Shown here: piece after piece, positions 14,131 to 26,989 of the stretch
Layout of the letters: the number at the start of each line of letters is the position of its first letter
Numbering within the stretch: the stretch's first letter is position 1
Source of the DNA: Octopus vulgaris
Taxonomy: Eukaryota
NCBI GenBank assembly: GCA_951406725.2
Contig: OX597830.1
Span: forward strand, 72,850,001 to 72,914,000
Reading direction: 5' to 3'
Length of the DNA stretch: 64,000 bases
Notes under the pieces: model-generated
Database searches by the model: none
What the model saw: only the letters and a program-made list of their open reading frames with translations
Told to the model about the DNA's origin: nothing
Program-made: the position numbers and the translations under genes

Positions 14131-14812
14131 TTGTCAATTTTCTAATATAATGAACCAAATAATATTCGTGCCAATGACCGAGTCCTTAAGTAGTCGTCCG
14201 GTGCGCATTAAATAGAAACCAGATTTCCCGAAGGATTATGAACACAAAGTCACTTGGCAGTCTCGTGTTTGCGGATTCGGTTCCGCTGCACGGCATCTTA
14301 GCCAAGTGCCTTCTACACTCGTAGAATTCCTTGTGAGTTAATTAGATGGGAGAAGATGGAATTCCTTAGTGTGTGTGTGTATATACATACATACATGTGT
14401 GTGTGTTTGTAAGTATGTATACATGTATGTGCATGGTTTTGAGTTGATGACACTGCATTAAATAAGACGGTGTTGACTAGATTAAGGACTTCCTTGAGGC
14501 TGAGATTCATCTGCGAGATGGTTCCCTACCTGTTGACATTTGCCCTATGTGCAGCATGGAAGGAACTGATTTCCATACGTCCTTTAGAGGCACCACTAAT
14601 GATTGTTACTAATTTACTGTAGGTTAAGTCGGTTAAAATGATTGGCTATGCTTACGAGGAACTACTTAATTGAATCCATAATTTTCTACGGTATATAATG
14701 TTAGATATTTTGTTTTAAATTATGCTATGGTTGACAATAAGGGAATCCTTTTTAAAATACAGATATAGGTGAAGATGGCGTGCTGGCAGAATTGTGTACC
14801 AGAATTGTGTAA

Positions 14813-15029
14813 AGGCGGTGAGCTGGCAGAATCGTTAGTACGCTGGGCGAAATGCTTAGCGGTATTACATCTGCCGCTACGTTCTGAGTTCAAGTTCCGC
14901 CGAGGGTCCTTTTCGGGTCGATAAATTAAGTACCAGTTACGCCCTGGGGTCGATGTAATCAACTTAATCCCTTTGTCTGTCCTTGTTTGTCCCCTCTATG
15001 TTTAGCTCCTAGTGGGCAATAATAAAATA
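14813..15029 (+). mobile_element. SINE family A with TSD, nested in the head of an older SINE-A
   Basis: AGAATTGTGTA duplicated at 14801-14811 and 15030-15040. The flanks rejoin as GGCGTGCTGGCAGAATTGTGTACCGTGCTAGGC. Confidence 0.88.
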
Positions 15030-15221
15030 AGAATTGTGTACCGTGCTAGGCAAATTACTTGGCGACATTTCGTTCATTTTTACGTTCCGAGTGCAAGGTT
15101 TATCTTACATTTCAAACTTTCGCAGTCTATGAAATAAATACTGGTTGATTTAAACGACTTACCCCCTACCCCGAACTTGCAGACCCTGAGGCAAAATTTG
15201 AAACCCATATCAAGTTGTGGG

Positions 15222-15432
15222 AAGGTGCGCTGATAGAATCGTTATCCACCGGGCAAAATCCTTAGCAGCATGCCGTCCGTTTTTGCGTTCTGGGTTCGTG
15301 TTCTGTCAAGGTCGACTTTACCCTTCAAAGATTCTGGGTCGAGAAAATAAGTAGCAATCAAGTACTGGAGCCAATGTAATCGATTTACACCTCTCTTGAA
15401 ATTGCTCACCTTGAACCAAAATTTGAAACCAA
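15222..15432 (+). mobile_element. SINE family A, diverged
   Basis: Family core visible. Confidence 0.75.
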
Positions 15433-15830
15433 TAACAAAGAATATGCCAGTTATTTTAAAGATCAATCTCAATACGATTCAAAGTTGTGAAATAGGCTTT
15501 AAGAAATCGCTTTCACGAAAATCCAGGGCTAGATGCAATTTTGAAAAGTTCTCCCCGACTCATATTTTATATAATTGTATGAGCAAAGAGATTGGGCAAT
15601 ATATCATCTGCACGTGACGTTTCTCGGTTTGAAAATTGACATAATAAATTCACCGAGAAAATGATCCAGTATTGTTCTAGTGACAAGAGATTTTCAACAG
15701 AAAATAAAAAGATTTCCTATACGCAGAGAGATATCACTTTGTTTGTCCATCTAGTTTATATACTAAGGGACAAATGAAATTTGAACTCGAATCCTGAACC
15801 TAAGCATTGAAAAAAAAAAAAAATTAAGAG

Positions 15831-15950
15831 ACTTACGGCCATATCACGTTGAAAGCACCCGTTCTCGTCTGATCACCGAAGTTAAGCAACGTCGAGCCTA
15901 GTCAGTACTTAGATGGGTGACCGCTTGGGAAACCTAGGTGCAGTAAGCAT
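15831..15950 (+). pseudogene. Full-length 5S rRNA copy, probably retroposed
   Basis: 120 nt ACTTACGGCCATATCACGTTGAAAGCACCCGTTCTCGTCTGATCACCGAAGTTAAGCAACG..GATGGGTGACCGCTTGGGAA..GTAAGCAT. Terminal helix CTTAC/GTAAG; box A and box C recognisable. Solitary copy with no oligo-T terminator downstream. Confidence 0.9.
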
Positions 15951-15962
15951 AGCACATTGTTA

Positions 15963-16022
15963 TAAAGGCGGTGCTCCAGCATGGCCGCAGTCAAATGACT
16001 GAAACAAGTAAAAGAGTAAAAG
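15963..16022 (+). mobile_element. 3' tail of SINE family B fused to the 5S copy
   Basis: TAAAGGCGGTGCTCCAGCATGGCCGCAGTCAAATGACTGAAACAAGTAAAAGAGTAAAAG matches 61238-61297. Confidence 0.92.
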
Positions 16023-16544
16023 AGAGACCGCAGGGCCTTCAGTACTTCGCTAACCGATGCTACTAACCCGCTATATTCGCTAACAGCGTAACTTAGATAT
16101 CCAAAGAATGGTATTACGAAAATGTTATGCCTGTTCTGTTACTCTTACGTTCACGGTAGGTATTCTTTTCACTTGTGAACATACCAAAATCCTGACCGCA
16201 CTCACATAACACTTATTTTATGTTCAAATTAAATATAAACACACACACACACACACACACACATATCGAGGCTTATATACAGAAATATGGACTCGAATAT
16301 AGTAACATTTAGCGCGCACCAGTCGAACTGCCGCTTCAAGACTGGAATGCTATCGCGAAGCAGTTACGATGCTATAACTTCAGTAAAAAAAATACTCATA
16401 AACCATTGACTGCCTACCTTCTTTATCATTACAATTTTACATCACCGTCTTTCTTGGTTCTTTCACTTTTCTCATACCCCCCCCCTTTACACATTCTATA
16501 AAATAGTACCTGTTAGCCTTCAAATGAAATCTACGTGTGGGTGT

Positions 16545-16938
16545 ATTCTTTTCTACACTAGGCACAAGGCTCCAAATTTTGGGGGATGGTCCAGTCGATT
16601 ATATCAACCCCAGTACGCAACTGGTACTTAATCTATTGATCCCGAAAGGATGAAAGGCAAAATCGACCTCAGCGGAATTTGAACTCAGAACGTAACGGCA
16701 GACGAAATACCTATTTCTTTACTACCCACAAGGGGCTAAACACAGAGGGGACAAACAAGGACAAACAGATTAAGTCGATTACATCGACCTTAGTGCGTAA
16801 CTGGTACTTAATTTATCGACCCCAAAAGGATGAAATCAAAGTCGACCTCGGCGGAATTTGAACTCAGAACGTAGCGGCAGACGAAATACGGCTACGCATT
16901 TCGGCCGGCGTGCTAACGTTTCTGCCAGCTCACCGCCT
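16545..16938 (-). mobile_element. SINE family A dimer with two different tail types
   Basis: Unit 1 tail TTCTACACTAGGCACAAGG, unit 2 tail TTTCTTTACTACCCACAAGG; junction GAAATACC|TATTTC at 16711. Confidence 0.9.
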
Positions 16939-16971
16939 TAATGAGTTTATATATTGTTTGCAAAATAATTT

Positions 16972-17372
16972 ATATTGTGACCTCCTTTCGTCATGAAGGA
17001 GCATGGGATTGCACCTAGAAAGTTACCCTCGAGGCACAAGTCTGGGAAATGTTGTTTATAGAAGTCCAGCAGTCACCCACGCATACCAACCTCCCTTCTC
17101 CACGTCATCGATGTTACCCAAGGGAAAAGCAGAGGCCTATCCTGCTTGGCACTAGTGACGTCGCAGCTCTTGTGACAAGGCTGGCTCTTTCTAAATACAA
17201 GTACAACAGAAAGAGCGAGAAAAAGGTGTGAAAGAGTACAGCAGGGTTCACCACCCACCCCTTCCCGGGTCTCGTGGAGTTTCAGGTGTTTTCGTTCAAT
17301 AAACGCACACAATGTCCGGTCTGGGAGTCGAAACCTCGATCCTACGACCGCGAGTCCGCTGCACCTCCACAG
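16972..17372 (-). mobile_element. tRNA-derived SINE family E
   Basis: Head region is the reverse complement of 26047-26162; tail region is the reverse complement of 56700-56890. Confidence 0.8.
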
Positions 17373-17399
17373 TATAATTTATAGTTGATTATAAATATA

Positions 17400-17743
<344 letters not shown>

Positions 17744-17943
17744 ATTAGTTGAATGAATTATTTTATTAAGAATAATTCGAAAGATAATCGATACCTGGGT
17801 AGCAATTTCACATCATAAAGAACACGGTTGAAGCTACGTTCCTAGGGCATAGACTACGTGTCTTCGTGCGGAAATTTGTATGTTTATTTTAAAATTATAA
17901 GTATATGAAAGAATGGAGTTGAACGACTAGTTAACAAATATCC

Positions 17944-18034
17944 TTTATTCTCGACATATGTTTCGAAGGCTGCATATTCCTAATTCCGAAGGAATAAGGA
18001 GTACATTATGCAGATTTCTCATCAGGAAAATCAA
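17944..18034 (-). ncRNA. Type-I hammerhead ribozyme, left arm
   Basis: Reverse complement of the motif at 18259-18349: TCATCAG at 18019-18025, GTTTC at 17960-17964. Confidence 0.8.
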
Positions 18035-18158
18035 GGAACTTATGTCGACATCAAAATGCACAAAAAACTTTTAGCTGACCGCTCTCAAGGAGCCCATGGT
18101 GATAATGAATGTCTCTTTATAAGGAATGACGTCTAGATTCTTCTACATTCAGCCACTC

Positions 18159-18177
18159 TGACGTCACTCCTTATAAA
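18159..18177 (+). promoter_or_regulatory. CRE-like TGACGTCA plus TATAAA, mirrored on - in the left arm
   Basis: TGACGTCA at 18159-18166 and TATAAA at 18172-18177, ~90 nt upstream of the hammerhead core. Motif match only. Confidence 0.4.
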
Positions 18178-18258
18178 GAGACACTCATTATCACCATGGG
18201 CTCCTTGAGAGCGGTCAGCTAAAAGTTTTTTGTGCATTTTGATGTCGACATAAGTTCC

Positions 18259-18349
18259 TTGATTTTCCTGATGAGAAATCTGCATAATGTACTCCTTTTT
18301 CCTTCGGAATTAGGAATATGCAGCCTTCGAAACATATGTCGAGAATAAA
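18259..18349 (+). ncRNA. Type-I hammerhead ribozyme, right arm
   Basis: Stem I ATTTTC/GAGAAT; core CTGATGA 18268-18274; stem II GAA..CTGCATA/TATGCAG..TTC; GAAA 18329-18332; palindromic stem III ACATATGT; predicted cut GUC after 18340; AATAAA 18344-18349. Confidence 0.82.
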
Positions 18350-18403
18350 GGATATTTGTTAACTAGTCGTTCAACTCCATTCTTTCATATATATATATAT
18401 ATA

Positions 18404-18551
18404 TAGGCTCGAAACGTTAAAGACTTGTTTCATTTATATTTCCTGAGCGCCATATTAATACAATTGTTTGTTTGTATTCCACCTGCCTTCGTCTTTTGTT
18501 TATTTCCGTAAACCTGCCTTCGTCTTTTGTCTATTTTCATAAAGCTTCCCG

Positions 18552-18552
<1 letters not shown>
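18404..18552 (+). mobile_element. 5'-truncated copy of hammerhead-bearing pLTR-like family H1
   Basis: TAGGCTCGAAACGTTAAAGAC..GAGCGCC..CCTGCCTTCGTCTTTTG matches the reverse complement of 55358-55465; sits between two (TA)n tracts. Confidence 0.7.
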
Positions 18553-18587
<35 letters not shown>

Positions 18588-19403
18588 AGAACATTAAGTT
18601 CAGACATTTACACACATGTACAAGGAAATGCAGGTGGTATAGGTAGTCGTTACATTTTATTACAGTTATCAATGTTTCAGTTTGCGAATTCCCCCATTTA
18701 ATCTTTCTCAGGTCGATAAAATAATTACCTGTTGAACTCTGGGCTCGATGTAATTGGCTTATCGTTTTCCTCGAAAATGCTGGCCTTGAGCCTAAATTTG
18801 AAACCATTATTGTTGTTATGCCTTCTCACTACCGTATCACATACCTCTTTGAACGCGGGGTTGTTCTATGCCTTGATTATAATAGTTAATACAAACTAAA
18901 ATAAATTATCAATCAATACTCACTTCCCTACCATATCGAACAGAATTCAAGTTCCAAACGCTACTGGTTTCAATTTTATTTCTATTTATTTTCTTTGAGT
19001 GGATTACATAATTAAAATTTCTTCTTCTTCTTCTTCTTCTTCTTCTTCTTCTTCTTCTTCTCTACATCTTTAAATCTAGAAAAGGATGCCATGCAGTAGT
19101 AGCTGTTCCTTTCTTGTACACATTGAGTTCAAATCCCAGAGTACCACCGACATACGGTTGCACCTATATCAGAGATTTAAAAAGCAATGCAAATATATTT
19201 AGTATAGGCTTAAGGAGAATGATCAACTGCGACCGACCTTCATAAATCATATTAAGGCGACAGAATCATGAACAGAGAAAATGCATAACTGCATTTCTAA
19301 CGGATCGTAAAGATCCGTGTTCAAATTTCACCGAGGTCAAATTTATGTTTCATTCTTTTAGGGTCGATAAAATAAAGGATCGGTTACGTATGGTCTCGGC
19401 GTA

Positions 19404-19733
19404 CAGTAATCACTCGCAATATCGCGGTTCACTTATCACGCCCTCAGTACATCGCGCATTCTTCTGGCTAATATATGTAAATTCATATCGCAAACTTCTC
19501 AGTATATCGCGGGTAGATGAGTAAAGAAAGAATCACACATATTGTATGGAAAACGAAATTCGGGAGGCGAGTGTGTGTAATTGTTCAATTAATAATAAAT
19601 TGAATATATTCAAATTATAAAAATGAATTTAAAAAATATACAGTAGAGTACTGTTTCTTCCTCGCGGAATTTCACTTATCGCGGAGTGGGGGTGTTGGAA
19701 CGTAACATCCGCGACAGTCAAAGGGGATTACTG
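19404..19733. mobile_element. pogo/Tigger-type MITE nested in a SINE-A (19255-19770)
   Basis: TA-CAGTAATCACTCG ... GGGGATTACTG-TA; TA TSD; SINE-A sequence resumes at ATCGACT. Confidence 0.85.
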
Positions 19734-19869
19734 TAATCGACTTTTCAACCCCCTCCAAAATTGTTGGCACCCCTGTCAAGTGGGGATGTTTAGACGACGG
19801 TCACTTATATGACATGAAAACCAGGTAAGATTTAGCACTCAAGACAAAAACGATTTCTCCTCAGATATA

Positions 19870-20068
19870 GGTTTCTAAAATTTGGGGGAAGGGATTAATT
19901 GAATTACATCGATCTCAATACTCAACTGATACTTATTTTATCGACAACGAAATGCTGTAATCCAATGTTGACCTCATCGAAATTTGAGCTCAGAACGTAA
20001 AGACGGACAAAATGGCATTAAGTATTTTGCCCGGCGCGGCGGTAAAGATTCTGGCCGTTCGCTGCCTT
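19870..20068 (-). mobile_element. SINE family A, diverged
   Basis: Family core visible. Confidence 0.75.
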
Positions 20069-20150
20069 GACAGTCTCAGATATTGAAACGATAGAAGCGT
20101 CCCTGTTGCTGATGTATGCTTTGCTGGGACTATTTGGCCTAAATCTATCT

Positions 20151-20496
20151 CAGTGTTTTTCAACCAATTTTTTTTTATCTATGGACCCATTTGTTTACTA
20201 TCTGATTCTGGTGGACCCCCGTAGCTATTCGATGTTCAGAAACTAAATTTTATAGGTACTTCTTTCAAAATTCCTGTTTTGTTATTCACTCATTCACTTG
20301 TTTAAGTGAAACTACGTTAAAACTTTGAGAAAGAAACCTAACAGTTTTTTTTTCAAATACATACTTTTAAAATCTAAAATTTTAAGAACCTTTAAAATAC
20401 TACTGTGGATCCCCAGTTTACTATTTTGCTGGCGTTGACCCGAAAAATATTATAGGGACAGACAGGAGTCATATGGATCCTGGTTGAGAACTACTG
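20151..20496. mobile_element. hAT (Charlie-like) MITE
   Basis: TIRs CAGTGTTTTTCAACC and GGTTGAGAACTACTG; subterminal TGGACCC repeats; the 8-bp TSD is only partly preserved (ATCT). Confidence 0.75.
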
Positions 20497-21352
20497 ATCT
20501 TGCGCAACCTGTAATTACCAGTCAGCTTGCTTAGAACTTGCCTAGGGCTATAACAAAAATTACAAGAACAATAACAAAATCCAGCAGCTTTGCTTTCAGT
20601 GTTAATGCCAATGCATACCAGACATTCATATCTTTGAAATTATAGTTTGCAGCCTGAGTATTTTTTCTTGTCTATTCCAATATGTTACACGGGGGTGGTG
20701 GTGTTAAACTTACGAGAACGCCTACTTGCCTGTTTTTCAAACTCGGTGTAAACCTCCAGCGTTTTATAATTTGTCCTTATTATATACCCCCTCAACCGTC
20801 GCCTTCGTGGTTCTAGAAGAAATCTTTAGATTTGTTGCTGTTGTTGTTCTTGTTCTTGTTGTTTAGCTAGACCACCTACATTACACGTCAGAATCAGTTT
20901 TATGAATCCATCGGATAGACGCAGTCACGATAGCTGACAAATTACTTTATGAGGTACACAAATTTATTCCGCTTGGCTCTATATCACCTCTTAATCTTAC
21001 AGAATACACGCTTACATTAGGGGAAATCTGTGTGTGTGTGTGTGTTTGCATGATTGCACTTGTCTGTATGTGTTTGCTTGTGTGTGTGTGCTTGTGTGTA
21101 TGTGTGTGTAAATGTAGGTGTATAGTTGGTTAAGTTATGCATCTGTACTTCAGTATGTGTCCACATGTCTTTCACCTATTGGTAGTAATCCGGCCAAACA
21201 AGGATGGGAATGCAAACTTTGTTACTTCCGTTTGCCTGTCTGTCTGCCTCTTTCGCTCTCTACTTCTCTCTCGTTCTCTCTCTCTCTCTCTCTCGCCTGT
21301 TTTCTTTCTCTCATAAACATAGTCTAACATACCTACAGAAGCGTGCGTAATC

Positions 21353-21421
<69 letters not shown>

Positions 21422-21482
21422 ATATATATATATATGTACATATATATATATATACATACATACATATATATATGTACACAAT

Positions 21483-21547
<65 letters not shown>

Positions 21548-22019
21548 GCGTATGTAAATAAGGAAATACAAACCAGACAGGAAGCAGTGTTGTTATGAAG
21601 AGAACAACATAGTGTTTCAGTCTGCGTCATTCGTCAGAGAATATCAAAATATAAGAAAGCCAAGAATGAAGTCTATACCTGGTCATTTGAGTGGCTAGAT
21701 ACAGTAGTCTAGTTACTCTCATATAGCCCTTGTTGTCTTAAATATAAAAAAAGATGTAGGACTTAGAGTATGTAACTGAAGACATATCCCAAAGAATACA
21801 ACAGAAAATTAAATGGGTCGCTCCCATTATGAATCTTAAGCCTTCGAGTTATGCTTTAACTTCAGGCAAGGTCTCAAGTTGTAAAGGTAAGAGCAGTATG
21901 ACTTGATAAAGATTAACATCATGGTGATGTGAGGGGCCAAGTTGATTAAATCGAACCCAGTGCTCAGTAGGTACTTATTTAATAACAACAAAAAACAACA
22001 ACAACAATAATAATAATAA

Positions 22020-22533
<514 letters not shown>

Positions 22534-22555
22534 GTTATTATTATTATTGTTATTA

Positions 22556-22595
<40 letters not shown>

Positions 22596-22631
22596 ACTAT
22601 TATTTTATTATTATTATTATTATTATTATTC

Positions 22632-22858
22632 TTGAGTGAGTGAGCAGTTCATGCCATCAAAGTGACACTGGGGTAAAATATACGAAGCCCAATATACCCA
22701 TCATGACTACCCGTCTGATAAGGGTACACCAGGCACATGCATCACAACCATATGTGCGTGACATGGTGATCTCATATCAAGATAAACAGCACATGAGCTT
22801 GCAGGTGGGGCCCAGTTAGAATTTTTTCAGGTTGAGTAGCCCATCCCGCTCAAAAGGT
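22632..22858 (-). mobile_element. Retroposon family D, 5'-truncated, inside (ATT)n
   Basis: Reverse complement of the 3' part of 28117-28668; (ATT)n on both sides. Confidence 0.88.
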
Positions 22859-23594
22859 TTATTATTATTATTATTAATATTACTATTAAGAAGAAGAAGA
22901 AGAAAAAGAAGGATTAACATCGAATATCGAGCTTGTTCAGAATATACTAAATCGTACGATGGTTAGATATTCTCTATGATTACTAATTCTATAGGTATTG
23001 GCAAGGGGTTACATTTGGGACTAGTCGACCATGGTAAATGTTGCTTGGACAGAGGTTGCATTGAAACATTGGACTCCTTTTCAAAGCACAGTCTGTTTCT
23101 GTAGCTCGTCGCCCTGATGTCCAACGCCTTCATCACAGTTCGGTAAAATAACCTCAGTAGATACCATGACTATCTCAAAGAATTTCTGCTATCATACCGC
23201 ACTTCCCATCATATCCAAAAATTATACTCATATAAATGCACACACGAATATGCGCACACACATCCCCAAATACGCTGGTACACACACATTCTTGCACGCA
23301 CGCATGCGCACACGAACGCAAGTAACAACACACACGAACAGACACACACATAAACATGGAGAATGCAAGAAAAATAGCCGATTAATCATGAGAGAATTTA
23401 TATTGTGTCTAGTTATTTCCAAAGAATTAAGAATGTAAATACGTATATATTTATATGCATAGGTACGTGTATATATATATTTATATATGCACACAAATTA
23501 TTTGCATCTATACAAACGTATATCTATATACATATATAAATATATGTAGATACATATAAATATATGTATAAACGTATATGTTTACACACAAGTA

Positions 23595-23633
<39 letters not shown>

Positions 23634-24387
23634 TTGCGCGCGTGATTTTAGCAGGAAACAAATTTTTATTCCTATTATACTTCATCACTTATATATTTCT
23701 CTATGTAATGTAAATGTATGTAACGAGGAGAATAAATAGCCAACATGTCATCATTATATACAACTCGTTGATATATGAAGTAAATTTGCTGTTGATTTAT
23801 ATTACGCGCCACCAACAGCACCAGCAAAATCATGATGCCTCCCCCTTTTTTCCATTTTCTTTTTTTTTTTTTCTCCAATTCATATTATTAGCATTTTTCA
23901 TTCTGTACGAAGTATGCAACTGTCGAAGGAAGTTGCCTCGTCTTCGGCCTAAAGATATTTCGGTGTTAATTAGATAATTTACTATGTTGTTTTTACTTAA
24001 AAAAAAGTAAGTCTGAATGATCAACCCGCGAGAAACAGTACACAAATCTCCCTCACTTCACAACCTTTTATTTTTTTTTATTTTTTGGTTCAAGAAATAG
24101 AAATGATGCTTTTGACCATGTGTCCGGGGTATAACGTATTTTATGAAAAGTAAGTGAAGTCAAACAATAAACAATGCTTGAATTCTTAAGGCTGAAAAGT
24201 TTTTGAGATTACAGGTGCATTTCATCTTACGGGCGTGCAAACAGTTTAAGTACAACTAACTTCACTTCCGAAATATTGTTCCCCACGAGAAATTAGAAAA
24301 TGAGTCACGCCAATGCTAACCATGTATTGGATTCGAAACCGGGACTTTCTTAACCATTCAACTACTCTGTGCATGAAATTGATATAT

Positions 24388-24681
24388 TTTCTACACTTGG
24401 CACAAGGCCAAAAATTTTGTGGGAGATTGCCAGTCGATTAGACCGACCTTTGTATGCAACTGGTACTTACTTTATCGACCCCGAAGAATGAAGAGCAAAG
24501 TCGACCTCGGCAGAATTTGAACTCAGAACGTACGAACTGACGAAAGACCTATTTCTTTACTACACACAAGGGACTAAACACAGAGAGGACAAACAAGGAC
24601 AAACAGATTAAGTCGGTTATATCGACCCCAGTACGTAACTGGTACTTATTTAATCGACCCCGAAAGGATGAAAGGCAAAGT
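24388..24681 (-). mobile_element. SINE family A dimer (mixed tails, head missing)
   Basis: Junction GAAAGACC|TATTTC at 24549. Confidence 0.85.
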
Positions 24682-24689
24682 CTTTATCC

Positions 24690-25123
24690 AGATTTTCCTT
24701 TAAGCATTTACTAACGAAACCTAGTGCTTCAATTGTTATTGGTATGAATATGAATTCATAGTTTGCATATAGAAGCAGGAGGTTTCGAAGCAGTTGTCTA
24801 TAGATATCTTCTTTTTCTTTGATTTTCATAGAGATATTTATATCTGCAGGACAGTTAACTTCTATGATGGTACATACCTTTGCCCCTCTGTCCCAAATAA
24901 AAAAATATCCGGCCTGTTATGCTTCTTATATTTGACAGAAGTTTTGATGGAAATATTCCACCAGTATTCCTGGAGTTGGTGTTTATGAATATATTCCAAA
25001 TCAGAGGGATTTTCCAAGTTTATTTCAGTACAGTCTTTTTTGGAGATGGCATTGTAAATTGTTTTAGAAACAATATCGTACCGCATAGAGAGGTAGTACC
25101 GTGACGACATTTCAGGACAGCTA
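24690..25123 (-). mobile_element. Decayed CCHC/RLE endonuclease region of an RLE-class non-LTR retrotransposon
   Basis: SSCPEMSSRYYLSMRYDIVSKTIYN..YWWNISIKTSVKYKKHNRPDI, then after a frameshift CTIIEVNCPADINISMKIKEKEDIY..IPITIEALG, i.e. the RHD..RPD..E..K..Y RLE pattern. Confidence 0.8.
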
Positions 25124-26046
25124 CTGTATATGTATGTATGTATGTATGTAGGTATGTATGTAGGTACGTAGGTAAATAGGTAGGTATACGTAGGTACGTA
25201 TGGATACATACGTACACATGTACATACATACATGCATACATACATACATACATACATACATACATACATACATACATAGAAATGTCCATATGTAATAGTG
25301 TTGCATGTAATAGTGTTGCATGTAAAAACGTGTTTCGGAAAATCTGAGTTTAAATGTGTTCTTCGTGAAATTAAATTATTCTGGGGAGAAAAAATTTAAA
25401 CTAAAAGCTATACAATATATTTGCAGGGAGAAAAAAAAAGAACAGCCTGAGTGGTTTTAGTCCTTATTGGAAATCACTGACACATCTACTCTGCTTCTAC
25501 GGCACAATTTTTTTTTCTGTCGGTGAATATACTGGATAAAAATTTGTTTGCATTTCTCCAAATTTTATGAAACGAGCAATGTCAGATGAAACTTGCACTA
25601 ATGCAAGGAATATATACTAGATGGCAGGATACGTGTGTGTATGCGTGTGTGTGTGTGTGCATGAGTGTATTTATGCACATATACACCTGTTACATGAGTG
25701 TGCGTGGGTGTGAGTGTCTGTATACAGATAAACACGTTATATATGTGTGTATATACATACACTCATACCCCTATAGAGATAGAATTAAGGACACGCATAC
25801 ATGCATATACATATTAATATATTATTTACAAGGCTCTTGGGGAATTATAAATCTGTATAATTTTAGCTCGTGAGGAGGAAGTGAGTAAACAACTTTATTA
25901 ACGAAATTGCAAATTTGCAGCATGTTTTACCACTAATAAACATACAAATTTTCATGTGATTAATAAGTTATAGAAATATATGTTTCCACCGATTTTCAAT
26001 TTTAACCCAGGTCATTAGTATTATGTCCCACCACTTACGAAATAGT

Positions 26047-26162
26047 GGAAGCGCAATGGCCCAGTGGTTAGGGCAGCGGACTCGCGGTCGGAGGATCGCG
26101 GTTTCGATTCCCAGACCGGGCGTTGTGTGTGTTTATTGAGCGAAAACACCTAAAGCTCTACG
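26047..26162 (+). mobile_element. tRNA-like head of SINE family E
   Basis: A box TGGCCCAGTGG and B box GGTTTCGATTCC, followed by SINE body rather than a tRNA 3' end. Confidence 0.85.
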
Positions 26163-26385
26163 TTTATTATTATTATTAACTCTAACGTTTATTTATTGGA
26201 TTTGACTTTCTATATGTATATATATAATTATATATACACTTATATATATATTTATATATACACGCATATATTTACATATTCTGTTGTTCCTGGGAAAGAG
26301 GCATTATCTTTTAGTACCTTATTATTCAACAAATTCACCGGTTTTTTCCACTCATTTATTACTTAACAGACCCGTTCAGTTTCCA

Positions 26386-26433
<48 letters not shown>

Positions 26434-26434
26434 A

Positions 26435-26493
<59 letters not shown>

Positions 26494-26496
<3 letters not shown>

Positions 26497-26755
26497 GTAA
26501 TATGACGTGCGACAATTATTCCGTTGCCATAATAAAACTACGAGTTTCGGATGTCGGGGCGGAGATCTGCTATCGAGGCAGATAACTTTGATAACTGACG
26601 AGATGTCGGAGCAAATTTCCGCCCTGACCTCCGAAACTCGGAGTTTTATAATGGCAACCGAATAATTGTCACATATTATATTTCAGATAAATTCCTCTAT
26701 TTGCACAAAATCGAGGTCTCATTCATTCTTTTGTTGTCATACTATTACTATTAAC
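26494..26755. mobile_element. Penelope-like inverted-repeat module with hammerhead (family H2)
   Basis: Arms ~26511-26570 and ~26611-26670 are reverse complements; (TA)n on both sides; tail shared with 39030-39130. Confidence 0.75.
26589..26651 (+). ncRNA. Type-I hammerhead motif, slightly degenerate
   Basis: ATAA-CTGACGA-GATGTCGG..CTGACCTCC-GAAAC-TCGGA-GTT-TTAT; core at 26595-26601 and 26633-26636. Confidence 0.68.
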
Positions 26756-26913
26756 ATATATATATATATTATACTATGGAGTACTGAAGTAGATTCGATA
26801 GCCAGTAGGAAGCAGGAAGGATTAAAAAATCCAGGCAGGTATTCATAAAGCACTCTGTGTGAAAGAAATTTGGTTATATTTATACATTGAGACACATACG
26901 CAATTCGTGTGTA

Positions 26914-26989
<76 letters not shown>

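Larger units (their letters stand above)
17902..18391. repeat. Near-perfect inverted repeat, 232-bp arms and 26-bp spacer (Penelope-like inverted pLTR pair)
   Basis: 17902-18133 is the reverse complement of 18160-18391 with about 3 mismatches by eye; abuts (TA)n. Confidence 0.95.

Noticed and set aside
15831-15950. Functional 5S rRNA gene
   Set aside because: Solitary, no oligo-T terminator, first base and box C appear altered, and it is fused to a retroposon tail; better treated as a retrocopy.
17820-17880. Possible decayed hammerhead on - next to the large palindrome
   Set aside because: Both core halves are mutated (ACGAAGA, GGAAC); too degenerate.
26047-26125. tRNA gene
   Set aside because: A and B boxes are present, but the cloverleaf is imperfect and the sequence continues into the SINE-E body.
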